DNA from: Bacteroidales bacterium
Lineage (GTDB): Bacteria > Bacteroidota > Bacteroidia > Bacteroidales > Azobacteroidaceae
NCBI GenBank assembly: GCA_031548005.1
Contig: JAVBRK010000021.1
Coordinates: forward strand, 9,442 to 73,441
Direction of reading: 5' to 3'
Length of the DNA stretch: 64,000 nucleotides
Position 1 is the first letter of the stretch, and each line of letters starts with the position of its first letter. Made by a program: the position numbers and the translations under genes. The notes below the pieces were generated by a model. The model ran no database searches. It was not told where the DNA came from and worked only from the letters and a program-made list of their open reading frames with translations. Of this stretch, positions 1 to 9,626 are shown piece by piece.

Positions 1-1
1 T

Positions 2-1303
2 TATTATAATCCGTATTTTGCCGGATGGAATATCGAAGAAAACGGCGGACCAGCGCCACATACCAATTTTCATTTCCCGCAAAAAAGGCTGAAGAAATTC
101 GGAGTGTTCGACGGAGAACTAAGCATCGGAAGTTATGCCACAGCCTATTTCGATCCGATGTCGCACTGGAAAGTTTCTAAATGGACTTCCGGCGCCACCC
201 AGGGAGGATCTTCCGGATCTCCGCTGTTCGATGCATCCGGATTGCTCATCGGTAGTCTTACCGGAGGGGACTCCCAATGCAACGGTTCCAGTCCGAATAA
301 TCTGCCCGATTATTTTTCCATTTTATATAAAGCCTGGAATTATGGGGCTCAGGACTCCATTAATCTGAGAGTATGGTTGGATCCAGGAGCTACAGGAATC
401 ACCAAATTACCTGGATTAGATCCATTTAAAAGTAATCCGATGATCAGAATCAGCAATGTGGACTACAATACGCAACCGGCCGACCAGCTTGCCAATACCC
501 AGCTGACCTCCCCGAATACAGGCTCTTTATTCGGACACAATTCCCTGGCGGAAACCAATGAATTTGCAGAAGCATTCAATCTTCCGGAAAGAGCTGAAAT
601 TATCGGAGCTTACATTCTGACTCCTCTGATAACGAATTTCAGCGGTACGGCATCTCCGGTCAGAATCAATGTTTATTCGGGTCAAAACCAGCCAGAAACA
701 CTGATTGGAAGCCAGGTTTTCAATCCCGTATATACCGGTTACCGGACTACCACAAAAGATTTCGATTACAACCAGCCGGTTACAATGAATACGGGGAAAG
801 GGACAGAAAATTTTGTTGTTTTTCCAGACAATATCAAAATCAAAGGAAATTTCTACATCTCCTATAAAATTGAATACCCTTCATCTTTCAACTTCTCAGT
901 TTATAATACTAACTTCAATTCAACAAGCCACAAAAATACAGCCTGGCTCCGGAAAATAACCGGTGAGTGGATTGCTGCCGACCAATATACCAAACAGCCT
1001 CTAAACACTTCGTTGGCGATCGAGCCTCTGGTTGTTTATTCCGGAGGTATGGGCATTGACAATATCTCAGAGAAAAAGACGGATATTATCCGGTATAGCC
1101 GGGCCGATAACAGCCTCTATATTGATGCTGTACCAGGAGAATCCGGCAAGGTTATTGTCTATTCTGTTACAGGGCAAAAACTTCAGGAAGTGGCGTTTAC
1201 AGGAAGTTCCACTTTTAACATTCACAGCCCCGGAAAGGGTTCTGTCGGTATCGTAAAAGTAATATCATCCCAAAGAAACCAGGCTTCGAAAATCATTTTC
1301 TAA
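2..1303 (+). CDS. Trypsin-like (lysyl endopeptidase-type) serine protease with T9SS C-terminal sorting domain; 5'-truncated by the window edge
   Basis: Frame is open from base 2 (YYNPYFAGWN...). Catalytic Ser motif TQGGSSGSPL followed by IGSLTGG. C-terminus GIDNISEKK...VYSVTGQKL...SKIIF resembles a T9SS CTD. Confidence 0.8.
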   Translation, partial: YYNPYFAGWNIEENGGPAPHTNFHFPQKRLKKFGVFDGELSIGSYATAYFDPMSHWKVSKWTSGATQGGSSGSPLFDASGLLIGSLTGGDSQCNGSSPNNLPDYFSILYKAWNYGAQDSINLRVWLDPGATGITKLPGLDPFKSNPMIRISNVDYNTQPADQLANTQLTSPNTGSLFGHNSLAETNEFAEAFNLPERAEIIGAYILTPLITNFSGTASPVRINVYSGQNQPETLIGSQVFNPVYTGYRTTTKDFDYNQPVTMNTGKGTENFVVFPDNIKIKGNFYISYKIEYPSSFNFSVYNTNFNSTSHKNTAWLRKITGEWIAADQYTKQPLNTSLAIEPLVVYSGGMGIDNISEKKTDIIRYSRADNSLYIDAVPGESGKVIVYSVTGQKLQEVAFTGSSTFNIHSPGKGSVGIVKVISSQRNQASKIIF

Positions 1304-1322
1304 CCAGAGAGTTCCGACTTTG

Positions 1323-2621
1323 TCAATACATTAGCCTCAATCCGCCTTGTAATGTAACATTAAACGGCTGATCCTTTCTGATCGTTCTGATTTCACTTCC
1401 GTCATCAAAGTAATATCCGGCTCCGGGCTCGAAGAAAATCCCCAGGTTTTTATATAAGCGATAGTTGACTCCGACAGTTCCGGAAAGCGACCATTGCAGT
1501 TCTTTTACGTCTAGTTTTTCAGTTCCCTGATTTCCGTTGGCTGTTGTTTTTACCTGACCGTAAACTGATTTCTCAACCATTCCGCCGGCTGTAACATAAA
1601 GTGACCACCGGTTGTTTTTAAGCAAGGTATAAACTCCCTTAAGAGGAATACCCAGATAATTCAGACGAATGTCGTAACTGGTTTCAGGGTACTGATAGTT
1701 CGAAACAACTTCTCTCGACGCGAGATAAGTATAAACAATTCCGCTTTCCAGGGCAAACCGGCCGGAAAGGTCTTTGCGGATCAGGAATCCGACCGAAACA
1801 GGAAGATCGTATTGATAATCAATATTTTGAGCTGTTTTGTTCGCTACAGGATTGTAAGCAAAAGTCGCATCATGAAAATTAAGATTCGATCGGATGGATT
1901 TTGGGCCTCCCGCTACTACTGCATAGTCACTTAAAAATTGATTGGACGAATTCATTCCATACCTCCCGGAAGAACTCTCATTACCGTACCCCGAATTACC
2001 CAATGCCAATGCTATTGAAAACCCTTGATTCGATTTTTTATCCCCTTGCAGCTCGTCCCTGAATATCCGGTCTCCATTATTTGCATCCTCATAAAAAGAC
2101 GAATTTTCCGGAGTTCCGGAATTACCGGGTTCGGAATTCCGGACAGCCGGAAAGTTATCTGTTTCCGGAAGAACCGTTGTTTTTTCTTCCTTTATCGCCG
2201 GATTTTTTACCTGCATACCTTTGGTGTCATCCTGTCTATTGTCTTTTTCCGAAACTTTATAAATGTTTTTACGAACCCGCACCTCCGGAATCCGGGTTTC
2301 AGCAATCCACTCCGAAGAACTACTCTCCAAACCCGGTTGAGGGGTGATATTCGTACCGGGCTTCGTCTGCTCTCCGGAAGCCTGAACCGGCCGGTTTTCG
2401 ATAACCTTAACATCCCGGTAAAGAAACATACCCAAGCCTAACACAAGCAGGATCGAAGCGGCAGCGGCAGACCAGGCTATCCATCTCCTTACAGGAGATA
2501 TCTTTTTCACGGGATTCAGTTCTTTTTCAATCGATTCCCATAGATCATTTCTCACCGGTCGCTCATAATCCTTCAACCGGTTACGAAATATTTTCACCAA
2601 TATATCGTCCTTATCTTTCAT
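1323..2621 (-). CDS. Putative dual-membrane-spanning anti-sigma factor (N-terminal anti-sigma segment, TM helix, linker, C-terminal outer-membrane beta-barrel)
   Basis: Start reassigned to ATG 2621 (MKDKDD), overlapping the sigma-factor stop. LKDYERPVRNDLWESIEKEL, then a hydrophobic helix, a low-complexity linker and amphipathic beta-strands ending GGLRLMY. Confidence 0.75.
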   Translation of the reverse strand: MKDKDDILVKIFRNRLKDYERPVRNDLWESIEKELNPVKKISPVRRWIAWSAAAASILLVLGLGMFLYRDVKVIENRPVQASGEQTKPGTNITPQPGLESSSSEWIAETRIPEVRVRKNIYKVSEKDNRQDDTKGMQVKNPAIKEEKTTVLPETDNFPAVRNSEPGNSGTPENSSFYEDANNGDRIFRDELQGDKKSNQGFSIALALGNSGYGNESSSGRYGMNSSNQFLSDYAVVAGGPKSIRSNLNFHDATFAYNPVANKTAQNIDYQYDLPVSVGFLIRKDLSGRFALESGIVYTYLASREVVSNYQYPETSYDIRLNYLGIPLKGVYTLLKNNRWSLYVTAGGMVEKSVYGQVKTTANGNQGTEKLDVKELQWSLSGTVGVNYRLYKNLGIFFEPGAGYYFDDGSEIRTIRKDQPFNVTLQGGLRLMY

Positions 2622-3162
2622 ATTTCTCCATATAATGCCGGATTTTTTTAACAAGTATCGCTTTTGCACGAGAGAATTGAGAGCGAGAAGAAGCCTCGTT
2701 GATTCCCAATAAATTTCCAATTTCTTTATGCGACATCTCCTCCATCGCATACATATTAAACACCGTACGATAACCGTCAGGCAATTCTGCGATGAAATCC
2801 ATCAGCACCTGATCGGGTATTTGCCAGCAGTCCTCTCCAGCAGAAAGATCTCCTGTTTCTTTCCACTCATCGATCGGAGTAAGGTTCCTGGTTGTTTCGT
2901 TTTTTCTAAGATATTCCAGCGACGTATTCACGAATATCCGGCTTATCCAGGCTTTCAAAGAACCTTCTCCTCTGTAACTGAACGAACCTATAGACAAAAA
3001 AACCTTAATGAACCCATCATGCAGAATATCTTCCGATGCGACCTTATCGCCCGTATAGCGATAGCATATGGCCATCATCCGTCCTGCATAGGTTTCATAA
3101 AGCTTTTTACGTGCAACGTTATCTCCTAACCTGCACCTATCTATCAGCTCTATTTCACTCAT
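2611..3162 (-). CDS. ECF (sigma-70 family) RNA polymerase sigma factor
   Basis: 183 aa. Region 2 SEDILHDGFIKVF...AWISRIFVN and region 4 LPDGYRTVFNM...HKEIGNLLGINEASSRSQFSRA. Confidence 0.95.
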   Translation of the reverse strand: MSEIELIDRCRLGDNVARKKLYETYAGRMMAICYRYTGDKVASEDILHDGFIKVFLSIGSFSYRGEGSLKAWISRIFVNTSLEYLRKNETTRNLTPIDEWKETGDLSAGEDCWQIPDQVLMDFIAELPDGYRTVFNMYAMEEMSHKEIGNLLGINEASSRSQFSRAKAILVKKIRHYMEKYER

Positions 3163-3184
3163 TTATTTTCTTATGTCAATCATT

Positions 3185-3210
3185 AAATGGGTGAAGGTAC
3201 AAAACGTTGC
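3185..3210 (-). promoter_or_regulatory. Putative ECF-type (autoregulatory) promoter
   Basis: Minus strand reads GCAAC-N16-CATTT just upstream of the ECF gene, with an AAC-containing -35 as is typical of ECF promoters. Confidence 0.4.
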
Positions 3211-3250
3211 GCAAGTAACTTTATTTTTTTTCAGATTTCAGAAGTTTTTC

Positions 3251-3258
3251 TACCTTTG
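3251..3258 (+). promoter_or_regulatory. Bacteroidota primary-sigma -7 element for the nqr operon
   Basis: TACCTTTG matches TAnnTTTG, 36 nt before the nqrA ATG. Confidence 0.6.
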
Positions 3259-3294
3259 CACATGATTCACCAAATCAATCATACCTAATTTTTC

Positions 3295-4659
3295 ATGGCT
3301 AAGGTAATAAAGATCAAAAAAGGCTTAGATATCCATCTCAAAGGTAAACCCGAGAACAACCTCATCAAGGAGGTTCATTCGGAAAATTACACCGTTTTTC
3401 CGGCCGACTTCCCGGGATTTTCTCCAAAAGTATCTGTAAAGCAAGGGGATAAGATACAAGCAGGCTCGGCTCTGATGTATGATAAGAACAATCCTGACAT
3501 CAAAATCGTTTCTCCGGTAAGCGGCGAAGTCGCCGGGGTTACCCGTGGGGAAAAGCGGAAACTGCTCCAGATCGTCATTTCGGCGGAAAAAACAATCAGG
3601 CACCTGGATTTCGGAAAAAAAGACGTGCATTCATTACCGGCAGAAGAAATCAAGCAGCAATTGTGTATTGCCGGAATTTTCCCGTTTCTGAGGCAGCGCC
3701 CATATGGTTATGGCGCCGATCCGGCAGATGCTCCGCGCGACATTTTCATATCCGGAATCTGGTCCGCTCCGCTGGCACCCGATCCGGATCTGATTCTGGA
3801 AAGACAGGATGCGGATTTTCAGACAGGATTGGATGCCCTCGCAAAACTGACCGCCGGCAAAATATACCTGGGATTGTATCCCGAATGTAAAACTCCGGCT
3901 CTGGTAAATGCACGGAATGTAGAAAAGGTTTATTTTGAAGGACCGCATCCGGTTGGGAATACCGGGGTTCAGATCAACCATATCAAGCCGGTTAACAAAG
4001 GAGAAGTTGTCTGGACGATTAATATCGCAGATGTATTGTTTATCGGGAGGTTGTTCAATAAAGGCATTGTCGATTTTTCCCGTTTAATCGCTTTGACCGG
4101 TTCGGAAGTGAAACAAACCGGCTATTATAAGATGTATCCCGGGGCCTCTATTAAAGAACTGGTATCCGGCAACGTTTCGAAAGAGAAAACGTTACGCTAT
4201 ATCAGCGGGGATGTGCTTACAGGCTCGAGGATCGAAGCCGAAGGGTCTCTGCACGCTTTCGATAATCAGATAACCGTCATTCCGGAAGGCTCCGGAACGA
4301 ACGAATTTTTCGGTTGGATCATGCCGGGAATCGACAAATTTTCAAACAGTTGTACTTTTCCGACAAAAATCATTGAGAAACTAACCAAAAAGGAGTATGT
4401 GATCGATGCCCGGATTAAAGGTGGAAAACGCGCCATGATCATGTCGAACGAATACGACCGGGTTTTTCCGATGGATATTTATCCTGAATTTCTGTTGAAG
4501 GCCATCATTGCTTTCGATATAGACAAAATGGAAAACCTCGGTATCTATGAGGTTATTCCGGAAGATTTCGCTTTATGCGAGTTTGTAGACACTTCCAAAA
4601 TAGAGATCCAAAGCATTGTGCGAAGAGGATTGGACTTATTATACAATGAAATGAAATAA
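3295..4659 (+). CDS. nqrA: Na(+)-translocating NADH:quinone reductase subunit A
   Basis: MAKVIKIKKGLDI, SPVSGEV..RGEKRK, GPHPVGN, PEDFALCEFVDTSK; first gene of a six-gene operon. Confidence 0.97.
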   Translation: MAKVIKIKKGLDIHLKGKPENNLIKEVHSENYTVFPADFPGFSPKVSVKQGDKIQAGSALMYDKNNPDIKIVSPVSGEVAGVTRGEKRKLLQIVISAEKTIRHLDFGKKDVHSLPAEEIKQQLCIAGIFPFLRQRPYGYGADPADAPRDIFISGIWSAPLAPDPDLILERQDADFQTGLDALAKLTAGKIYLGLYPECKTPALVNARNVEKVYFEGPHPVGNTGVQINHIKPVNKGEVVWTINIADVLFIGRLFNKGIVDFSRLIALTGSEVKQTGYYKMYPGASIKELVSGNVSKEKTLRYISGDVLTGSRIEAEGSLHAFDNQITVIPEGSGTNEFFGWIMPGIDKFSNSCTFPTKIIEKLTKKEYVIDARIKGGKRAMIMSNEYDRVFPMDIYPEFLLKAIIAFDIDKMENLGIYEVIPEDFALCEFVDTSKIEIQSIVRRGLDLLYNEMK

Positions 4660-4685
4660 AGGCGGACGATTAATATCGAAAATAT

Positions 4686-5906
4686 ATGAAGTTTTTAAGG
4701 AATTATTTAAATAAAATCAAACCTGATTTTGAGAAAGGAGGAAAGTTGGAAATGTTTCATTCCGTATTCGACGGAATTGAAACTTTCTTGTTCGTTCCCA
4801 ATAAAACCTCTAAATCGGGTGTTCACATCCACGACGCCATCGATTCCAAACGAACGATGACTTTCGTGATCATCGCATTGATGCCGGCCCTGCTATTCGG
4901 GATGTACAACACCGGATACCAGCACTATATGGCTATCGGGCAACACCCCGGATTCTGGAGTACATTACTGTTCGGACTACTGGCCGTATTACCGATCGTA
5001 GCCATCTCCTACATTGTCGGGCTGGGTATCGAATTTATCATCGCTCAGTGGAAAGGGCACGAGATCCAGGAAGGGTTTCTGGTCTCCGGAATGCTGATCC
5101 CCCTTATTGTCCCTGTAGACACCCCCTGGTGGATGATCGCCGTAGCCACTGCATTTGCGGTTATTTTTGCCAAAGAAGTATTCGGAGGTACCGGTTATAA
5201 TATCTGGAATGTAGCCTTGGTTACCCGGGCGTTTCTATTTTTCGCCTACCCTTCCAAAATGTCCGGAGATCAGGTATTCGTACGCACAGACAGTACTTTC
5301 GGCATGGGCGCCGGACAAATAGCAGATGCTTATTCCGGAGCGACTCCGCTGGGACAGATCACAGCCGCCGCTTCCGGACCGGTACAAGTGACCGATATCC
5401 TTGGAAATCCCCTCACATTGTGGGATCTATTCATCGGATTGATTCCCGGATCAATCGGCGAGACCTCGAAATTGGCCATCCTGATCGGCGCCGTAATCCT
5501 GCTCGTTACCGGAGTCGCCAGCTGGAAAAGCATGATTTCCGTTTTTGCAGGAGGAATTATCACCGCCCTGATATTCAATGCTATCGGAACGACTCCGGGT
5601 ATGATGGTTACCCCCTGGGAACACCTCTTATTGGGTGGATTTGCCTTTGGAGCCGTATTTATGGCAACCGATCCGGTGACTTCGGCCCGCACGGAAACCG
5701 GAAAATACATTTTCGGATTGCTTGTCGGGATGTTTGCCGTTTTAATCCGTGTACTGAACCCGGGATATCCCGAAGGAATGATGCTGGCTATCCTCTTGAT
5801 GAATTCATTTGCTCCGCTGATCGACTTTTATGTGGTGGATGCCAACATTAAAAAGCGGATGAAACGAGCTATTGTTCAATCTAACCAGGGAGGGCAATCG
5901 AGATGA
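4686..5906 (+). CDS. nqrB: Na(+)-NQR subunit B
   Basis: Polytopic membrane protein with KEVFGGTG, the FMN site SGATPL, GSIGETS, FMATDPVTS and YPEGMMLAIL. Confidence 0.97.
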   Translation: MKFLRNYLNKIKPDFEKGGKLEMFHSVFDGIETFLFVPNKTSKSGVHIHDAIDSKRTMTFVIIALMPALLFGMYNTGYQHYMAIGQHPGFWSTLLFGLLAVLPIVAISYIVGLGIEFIIAQWKGHEIQEGFLVSGMLIPLIVPVDTPWWMIAVATAFAVIFAKEVFGGTGYNIWNVALVTRAFLFFAYPSKMSGDQVFVRTDSTFGMGAGQIADAYSGATPLGQITAAASGPVQVTDILGNPLTLWDLFIGLIPGSIGETSKLAILIGAVILLVTGVASWKSMISVFAGGIITALIFNAIGTTPGMMVTPWEHLLLGGFAFGAVFMATDPVTSARTETGKYIFGLLVGMFAVLIRVLNPGYPEGMMLAILLMNSFAPLIDFYVVDANIKKRMKRAIVQSNQGGQSR

Positions 5907-6598
5907 ATAAAGAATCCAACTCCTATACTCTGATTTACGCCTCCATCCTGGTCGTGGTGGTTGCTGTAGCCCTGGCATTTATATCCCAGTCATTAAGACC
6001 ACAGCAGGCAAAAAACGAGTCGATCGATAAAATGCAGCAAATACTGAACTCGGTCAACATCCGGACCAGTAGCGTCGATGCAGAAAACAAATACCGCGAA
6101 TTAGTTGTAGACTCCTATGTTGTTAACAATAAGGGAGAAAAAACTGAAGGAAACGCCTTTGAAACCGAATTAGCCGATGAACTGAACAAACCCGAAAACG
6201 AACGCCGGTATCCGGTCTATGAGGCCATGATTGATGGAAAGAAGAAATATATCTTAGTCATGCGTGGAGCCGGACTCTGGGGCCCGATCTGGGGCTACAT
6301 GGCATTGAACGATGATAAAAACACGGTTTACGGCGCCTCTTTCGGACATGCAGGAGAAACTCCGGGATTGGGGGCTGAAATTGAGAAACCGGAATTCGGG
6401 AAAGAATTCGTAGGGAAGAAATTCTTTAACAGCGAAAACAAGTTTGTTTCCATCGCCATCGTCAAGCCAGGGAAAACAGCTCCGGGTCAGGATTATGTGG
6501 ACGGTATTTCCGGAGGCACTATCACCAGCCAGGGAGTCAACGCCATGCTACAATCGAGTATCGGAGCATACCATGAATTTTTGAAAAAGAAAGAATAA
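5903..6598 (+). CDS. nqrC: Na(+)-NQR subunit C
   Basis: GAGLWGPIWG, GETPGLG and the FMN site VDGISGGTITS. Confidence 0.97.
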   Translation: MNKESNSYTLIYASILVVVVAVALAFISQSLRPQQAKNESIDKMQQILNSVNIRTSSVDAENKYRELVVDSYVVNNKGEKTEGNAFETELADELNKPENERRYPVYEAMIDGKKKYILVMRGAGLWGPIWGYMALNDDKNTVYGASFGHAGETPGLGAEIEKPEFGKEFVGKKFFNSENKFVSIAIVKPGKTAPGQDYVDGISGGTITSQGVNAMLQSSIGAYHEFLKKKE

Positions 6599-6603
6599 AA
6601 GAT

Positions 6604-7233
6604 ATGGGACTTTCAGAAAAAAATAAAACTATTTTTCTCAATCCATTGAGTAAAAACAATCCGATCACAGTACAGATGCTCGGTATCTGTTCGGCTCTGG
6701 CTGTTACCAGCAAGTTGGAACCCTCGATCGTCATGGCCGTATCGGTAACCGTCGTTACTGCATTCTCCAACCTGGTGCTGTCACTGATGAGAAATACCAT
6801 CCCATCTCGAATCCGGATTATTGTACAATTGGTTGTGGTCGCCGCATTGGTGACTATTGTCAATGAAGTTCTAAAGGCTTTTGCCTACGATGTCAGTAAG
6901 CAATTATCGGTATTTATCGGACTGATTATCACCAACTGCATCGTGATGGGCCGGATCGAAGCATTCGCCCTGGGAAACAAACCCTGGCCGGCGTTCCTCG
7001 ATGGAGCAGGCAACGGCTTAGGCTACGGACTGATCCTGATTATAGTTGGTTTTTTCCGTGAATTACTCGGTTCCGGCACCCTGCTCGGTTTTCAGGTAAT
7101 CCCCCAAAAACTGTATGAAATGGGGTATATGAACAACGGCCTGATGATTCTGCCTCCGATGGCGCTCATCGTCGTGGCCTGCATTATCTGGATACAGAGA
7201 TCGAGAGACAAAGATCTGCAGGAGAAAAATTAA
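6604..7233 (+). CDS. nqrD: Na(+)-NQR subunit D
   Basis: NPITVQMLGICSALAVT and VFIGLIITNCIVMGR. Confidence 0.97.
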   Translation: MGLSEKNKTIFLNPLSKNNPITVQMLGICSALAVTSKLEPSIVMAVSVTVVTAFSNLVLSLMRNTIPSRIRIIVQLVVVAALVTIVNEVLKAFAYDVSKQLSVFIGLIITNCIVMGRIEAFALGNKPWPAFLDGAGNGLGYGLILIIVGFFRELLGSGTLLGFQVIPQKLYEMGYMNNGLMILPPMALIVVACIIWIQRSRDKDLQEKN

Positions 7234-7285
7234 GAGGTAAGAGGGTCATTAAACTAAATTTTGTTCATTATTCATTGTTTATCAT

Positions 7286-7903
7286 ATGCAGGAATATTTA
7301 AGCACTTTCGTCCGTTCCATCTTCGTAGACAATATGATTTTTGCCTATTTTCTGGGGATGTGTTCGTTTCTGGCGGTATCAAAAAATGTAAAAACAGCCA
7401 TGGGATTAGGGCTGGCTGTTATTTTTGTTCTGGTCTGCACACTTCCGATCAACTACCTACTGGAAAATTATGTGCTTAAACAAGGAGCTTTAAGCTGGCT
7501 GGGGCCACAGTTTGCAAATGTCAACCTGAGTTTTCTCGGACTGATTCTTTTTATAGCAGTCATCGCCTCTTTCGTACAATTGGTGGAAATGGCCGTGGAA
7601 AAGTTCAGTCCGTCGCTGTACTCATCCCTGGGTATTTTTCTGCCGTTGATTGCAGTTAATTGCGCCATCCTGGGAGGCTCGTTGTTCATGCAACAAAAAA
7701 ACTTTGCAAATGTAGGAGTTGCAACAATATACGGGCTTGGCTCCGGCATCGGATGGCTACTGGCCATCGTTGGCATGGCCGCTATCCGGGAGCGGTTGCA
7801 ATATTCGGATATCCCCAAGCCTCTGAGAGGATTGGGAATTGCATTTATCATTACCGCCCTGATGGGAATCGGATTTATGAGTTTTTCAGGAATTAAAATC
7901 TGA
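7286..7903 (+). CDS. nqrE: Na(+)-NQR subunit E
   Basis: FLGMCSFLAVS and GIFLPLIAVNCAILGG. Confidence 0.97.
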   Translation: MQEYLSTFVRSIFVDNMIFAYFLGMCSFLAVSKNVKTAMGLGLAVIFVLVCTLPINYLLENYVLKQGALSWLGPQFANVNLSFLGLILFIAVIASFVQLVEMAVEKFSPSLYSSLGIFLPLIAVNCAILGGSLFMQQKNFANVGVATIYGLGSGIGWLLAIVGMAAIRERLQYSDIPKPLRGLGIAFIITALMGIGFMSFSGIKI

Positions 7904-7953
7904 ATATAAAATAAGAATATTAACTTGATCATTTTTCACTATCGATATAATAT

Positions 7954-9222
7954 ATGGGAGGTTTAACAATCGTTGCCAGTGTCGTAGTATTTCTCATTGT
8001 AGTATTATTACTCGTACTGGTACTGCTTTATGCCAAAAATAAACTAACACCCTCGGGTAACGTAAAAATCGTAATTAACGATGAAAAAGAAATCGACTCC
8101 CCGATGGGAGGGACAGTGCTTTCTACCCTGCAAGCCAATGGTATTTTTCTTTCGAGTGCTTGTGGCGGCGGTGGCACCTGCGGTCAATGCCGTTGCCAGG
8201 TGATGGAAGGCGGCGGAGAAATACTGCCGACTGAAGTCGGATTTTTCAATCGTAAACAGATCAAAGACCACTGGCGCTTAGGCTGTCAGACAAAAGTGAG
8301 GGAGGATCTGAAAATACAAGTCCCGGAAGAAGTATTCGGCGTAAAATCATGGGAATGTGAGGTTGTCTCGAACTACAATGTCGCCTCCTTTATTAAGGAA
8401 TTTATAGTCAAACTACCCGATGGCGAACGATTGAACTTCAAACCCGGATCTTACATCCAGATTGAAGTTCCCAAATACGACATTAAATTTTCGGACTTCA
8501 ACGTAGAAGCCCGTCCGGGTGTCGGAAATCCCGACCGTTTCAAGCCGGAATGGGATAAATTTAAAATGTGGGGGCTTGCTCATAGAAATACGGAAGAAAA
8601 TATGCGGGCCTACTCCATGGCCAACTATCCAGCAGAAGGAGACATCGTGATGTTGAATGTCCGCATCGCCACCCCTCCGTTCGACCGGGCCACCAGCACT
8701 TGGAAAGAAGGAATTCCCCCTGGGTTATGCTCTTCCTTTATTTTTGGTCTGAAACCGGGCGACAAAGTACAGGTATCAGGCCCATACGGAGACTTTCATA
8801 TCTTAGACACCAAACGGGAAATGCTATATATCGGAGGTGGAGCCGGAATGGCGCCGTTGCGTTCCCAGTTGCTTCACCTGTTCCATACACTGAAAACGAC
8901 CGACCGTAAGATTTCTTACTGGTACGGCGCCCGCTCTAAGAATGAGATTTTTTATGAAGAAGATTTCCGGGCCATCGAGAAAGATTATCCTAACTTTACA
9001 TTCAATATTGCTTTGAGCGAGCCGCTTCCGGAAGATAACTGGACAGGGTGCGTCGGATTTATCCACCAGGTCATTTACGACAACTACCTGAAATTACACG
9101 ATTCTCCGGAAGATATCGAATATTATATGTGTGGACCGGGTCCCATGGCCAATGCTGTAAAAGGAATGCTGGATAACCTGGGCGTACCTCCGGAAATGCT
9201 GATGTTCGATGATTTCGGATGA
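7954..9222 (+). CDS. nqrF: Na(+)-NQR subunit F
   Basis: 2Fe-2S motif SACGGGGTCGQC, RAYSMANYP, GGGAGMAP, YYMCGP and C-terminal DDFG. Confidence 0.97.
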   Translation: MGGLTIVASVVVFLIVVLLLVLVLLYAKNKLTPSGNVKIVINDEKEIDSPMGGTVLSTLQANGIFLSSACGGGGTCGQCRCQVMEGGGEILPTEVGFFNRKQIKDHWRLGCQTKVREDLKIQVPEEVFGVKSWECEVVSNYNVASFIKEFIVKLPDGERLNFKPGSYIQIEVPKYDIKFSDFNVEARPGVGNPDRFKPEWDKFKMWGLAHRNTEENMRAYSMANYPAEGDIVMLNVRIATPPFDRATSTWKEGIPPGLCSSFIFGLKPGDKVQVSGPYGDFHILDTKREMLYIGGGAGMAPLRSQLLHLFHTLKTTDRKISYWYGARSKNEIFYEEDFRAIEKDYPNFTFNIALSEPLPEDNWTGCVGFIHQVIYDNYLKLHDSPEDIEYYMCGPGPMANAVKGMLDNLGVPPEMLMFDDFG

Positions 9223-9273
9223 GAAAAAACTATCAGAACAACTACAATTCAAGGAATAAATTATAATAATATC

Positions 9274-9621
9274 ATGGATTCAAAAGATTTACAACCAACA
9301 AAAGAAGAACCCGAAGGACGAACGTGGGAACAAGAAGAAGTTAAAAAATACGCCTTTGTATCGAAACGCGCATTGGAAGCCGACCACATCGGATATTGCT
9401 ATCGCGACTACCCGGAAACCAACATCGACAGCGGTTGGCGTTTTCTTTACGGAGATGAAGACGAGGATTACCTCGATCATCCGGACAACTGTGTGTCGGT
9501 TTACCCGGAAGAAATGCTCTCGATCAATCCGGCGCTGGAAATTGTTTTGTCCGCCCCGATTAGCCATGAATTCGAATGGGACGACGAACAACAATCATTC
9601 GTTGAAATTGTAAAAGACTGA
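9274..9621 (+). CDS. DUF2185/Imm33-like small acidic protein
   Basis: IGYCYR...DSGWRFLYGDEDEDYLD motif typical of DUF2185. Confidence 0.75.
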   Translation: MDSKDLQPTKEEPEGRTWEQEEVKKYAFVSKRALEADHIGYCYRDYPETNIDSGWRFLYGDEDEDYLDHPDNCVSVYPEEMLSINPALEIVLSAPISHEFEWDDEQQSFVEIVKD

Positions 9622-9626
9622 ATCAA

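Noticed and set aside
2622-2750. N-terminal extension of the 475-aa ORF (start 2750)
   Set aside because: It overlaps the ECF sigma gene by 140 nt; ATG 2621 gives a normal short coupled overlap.
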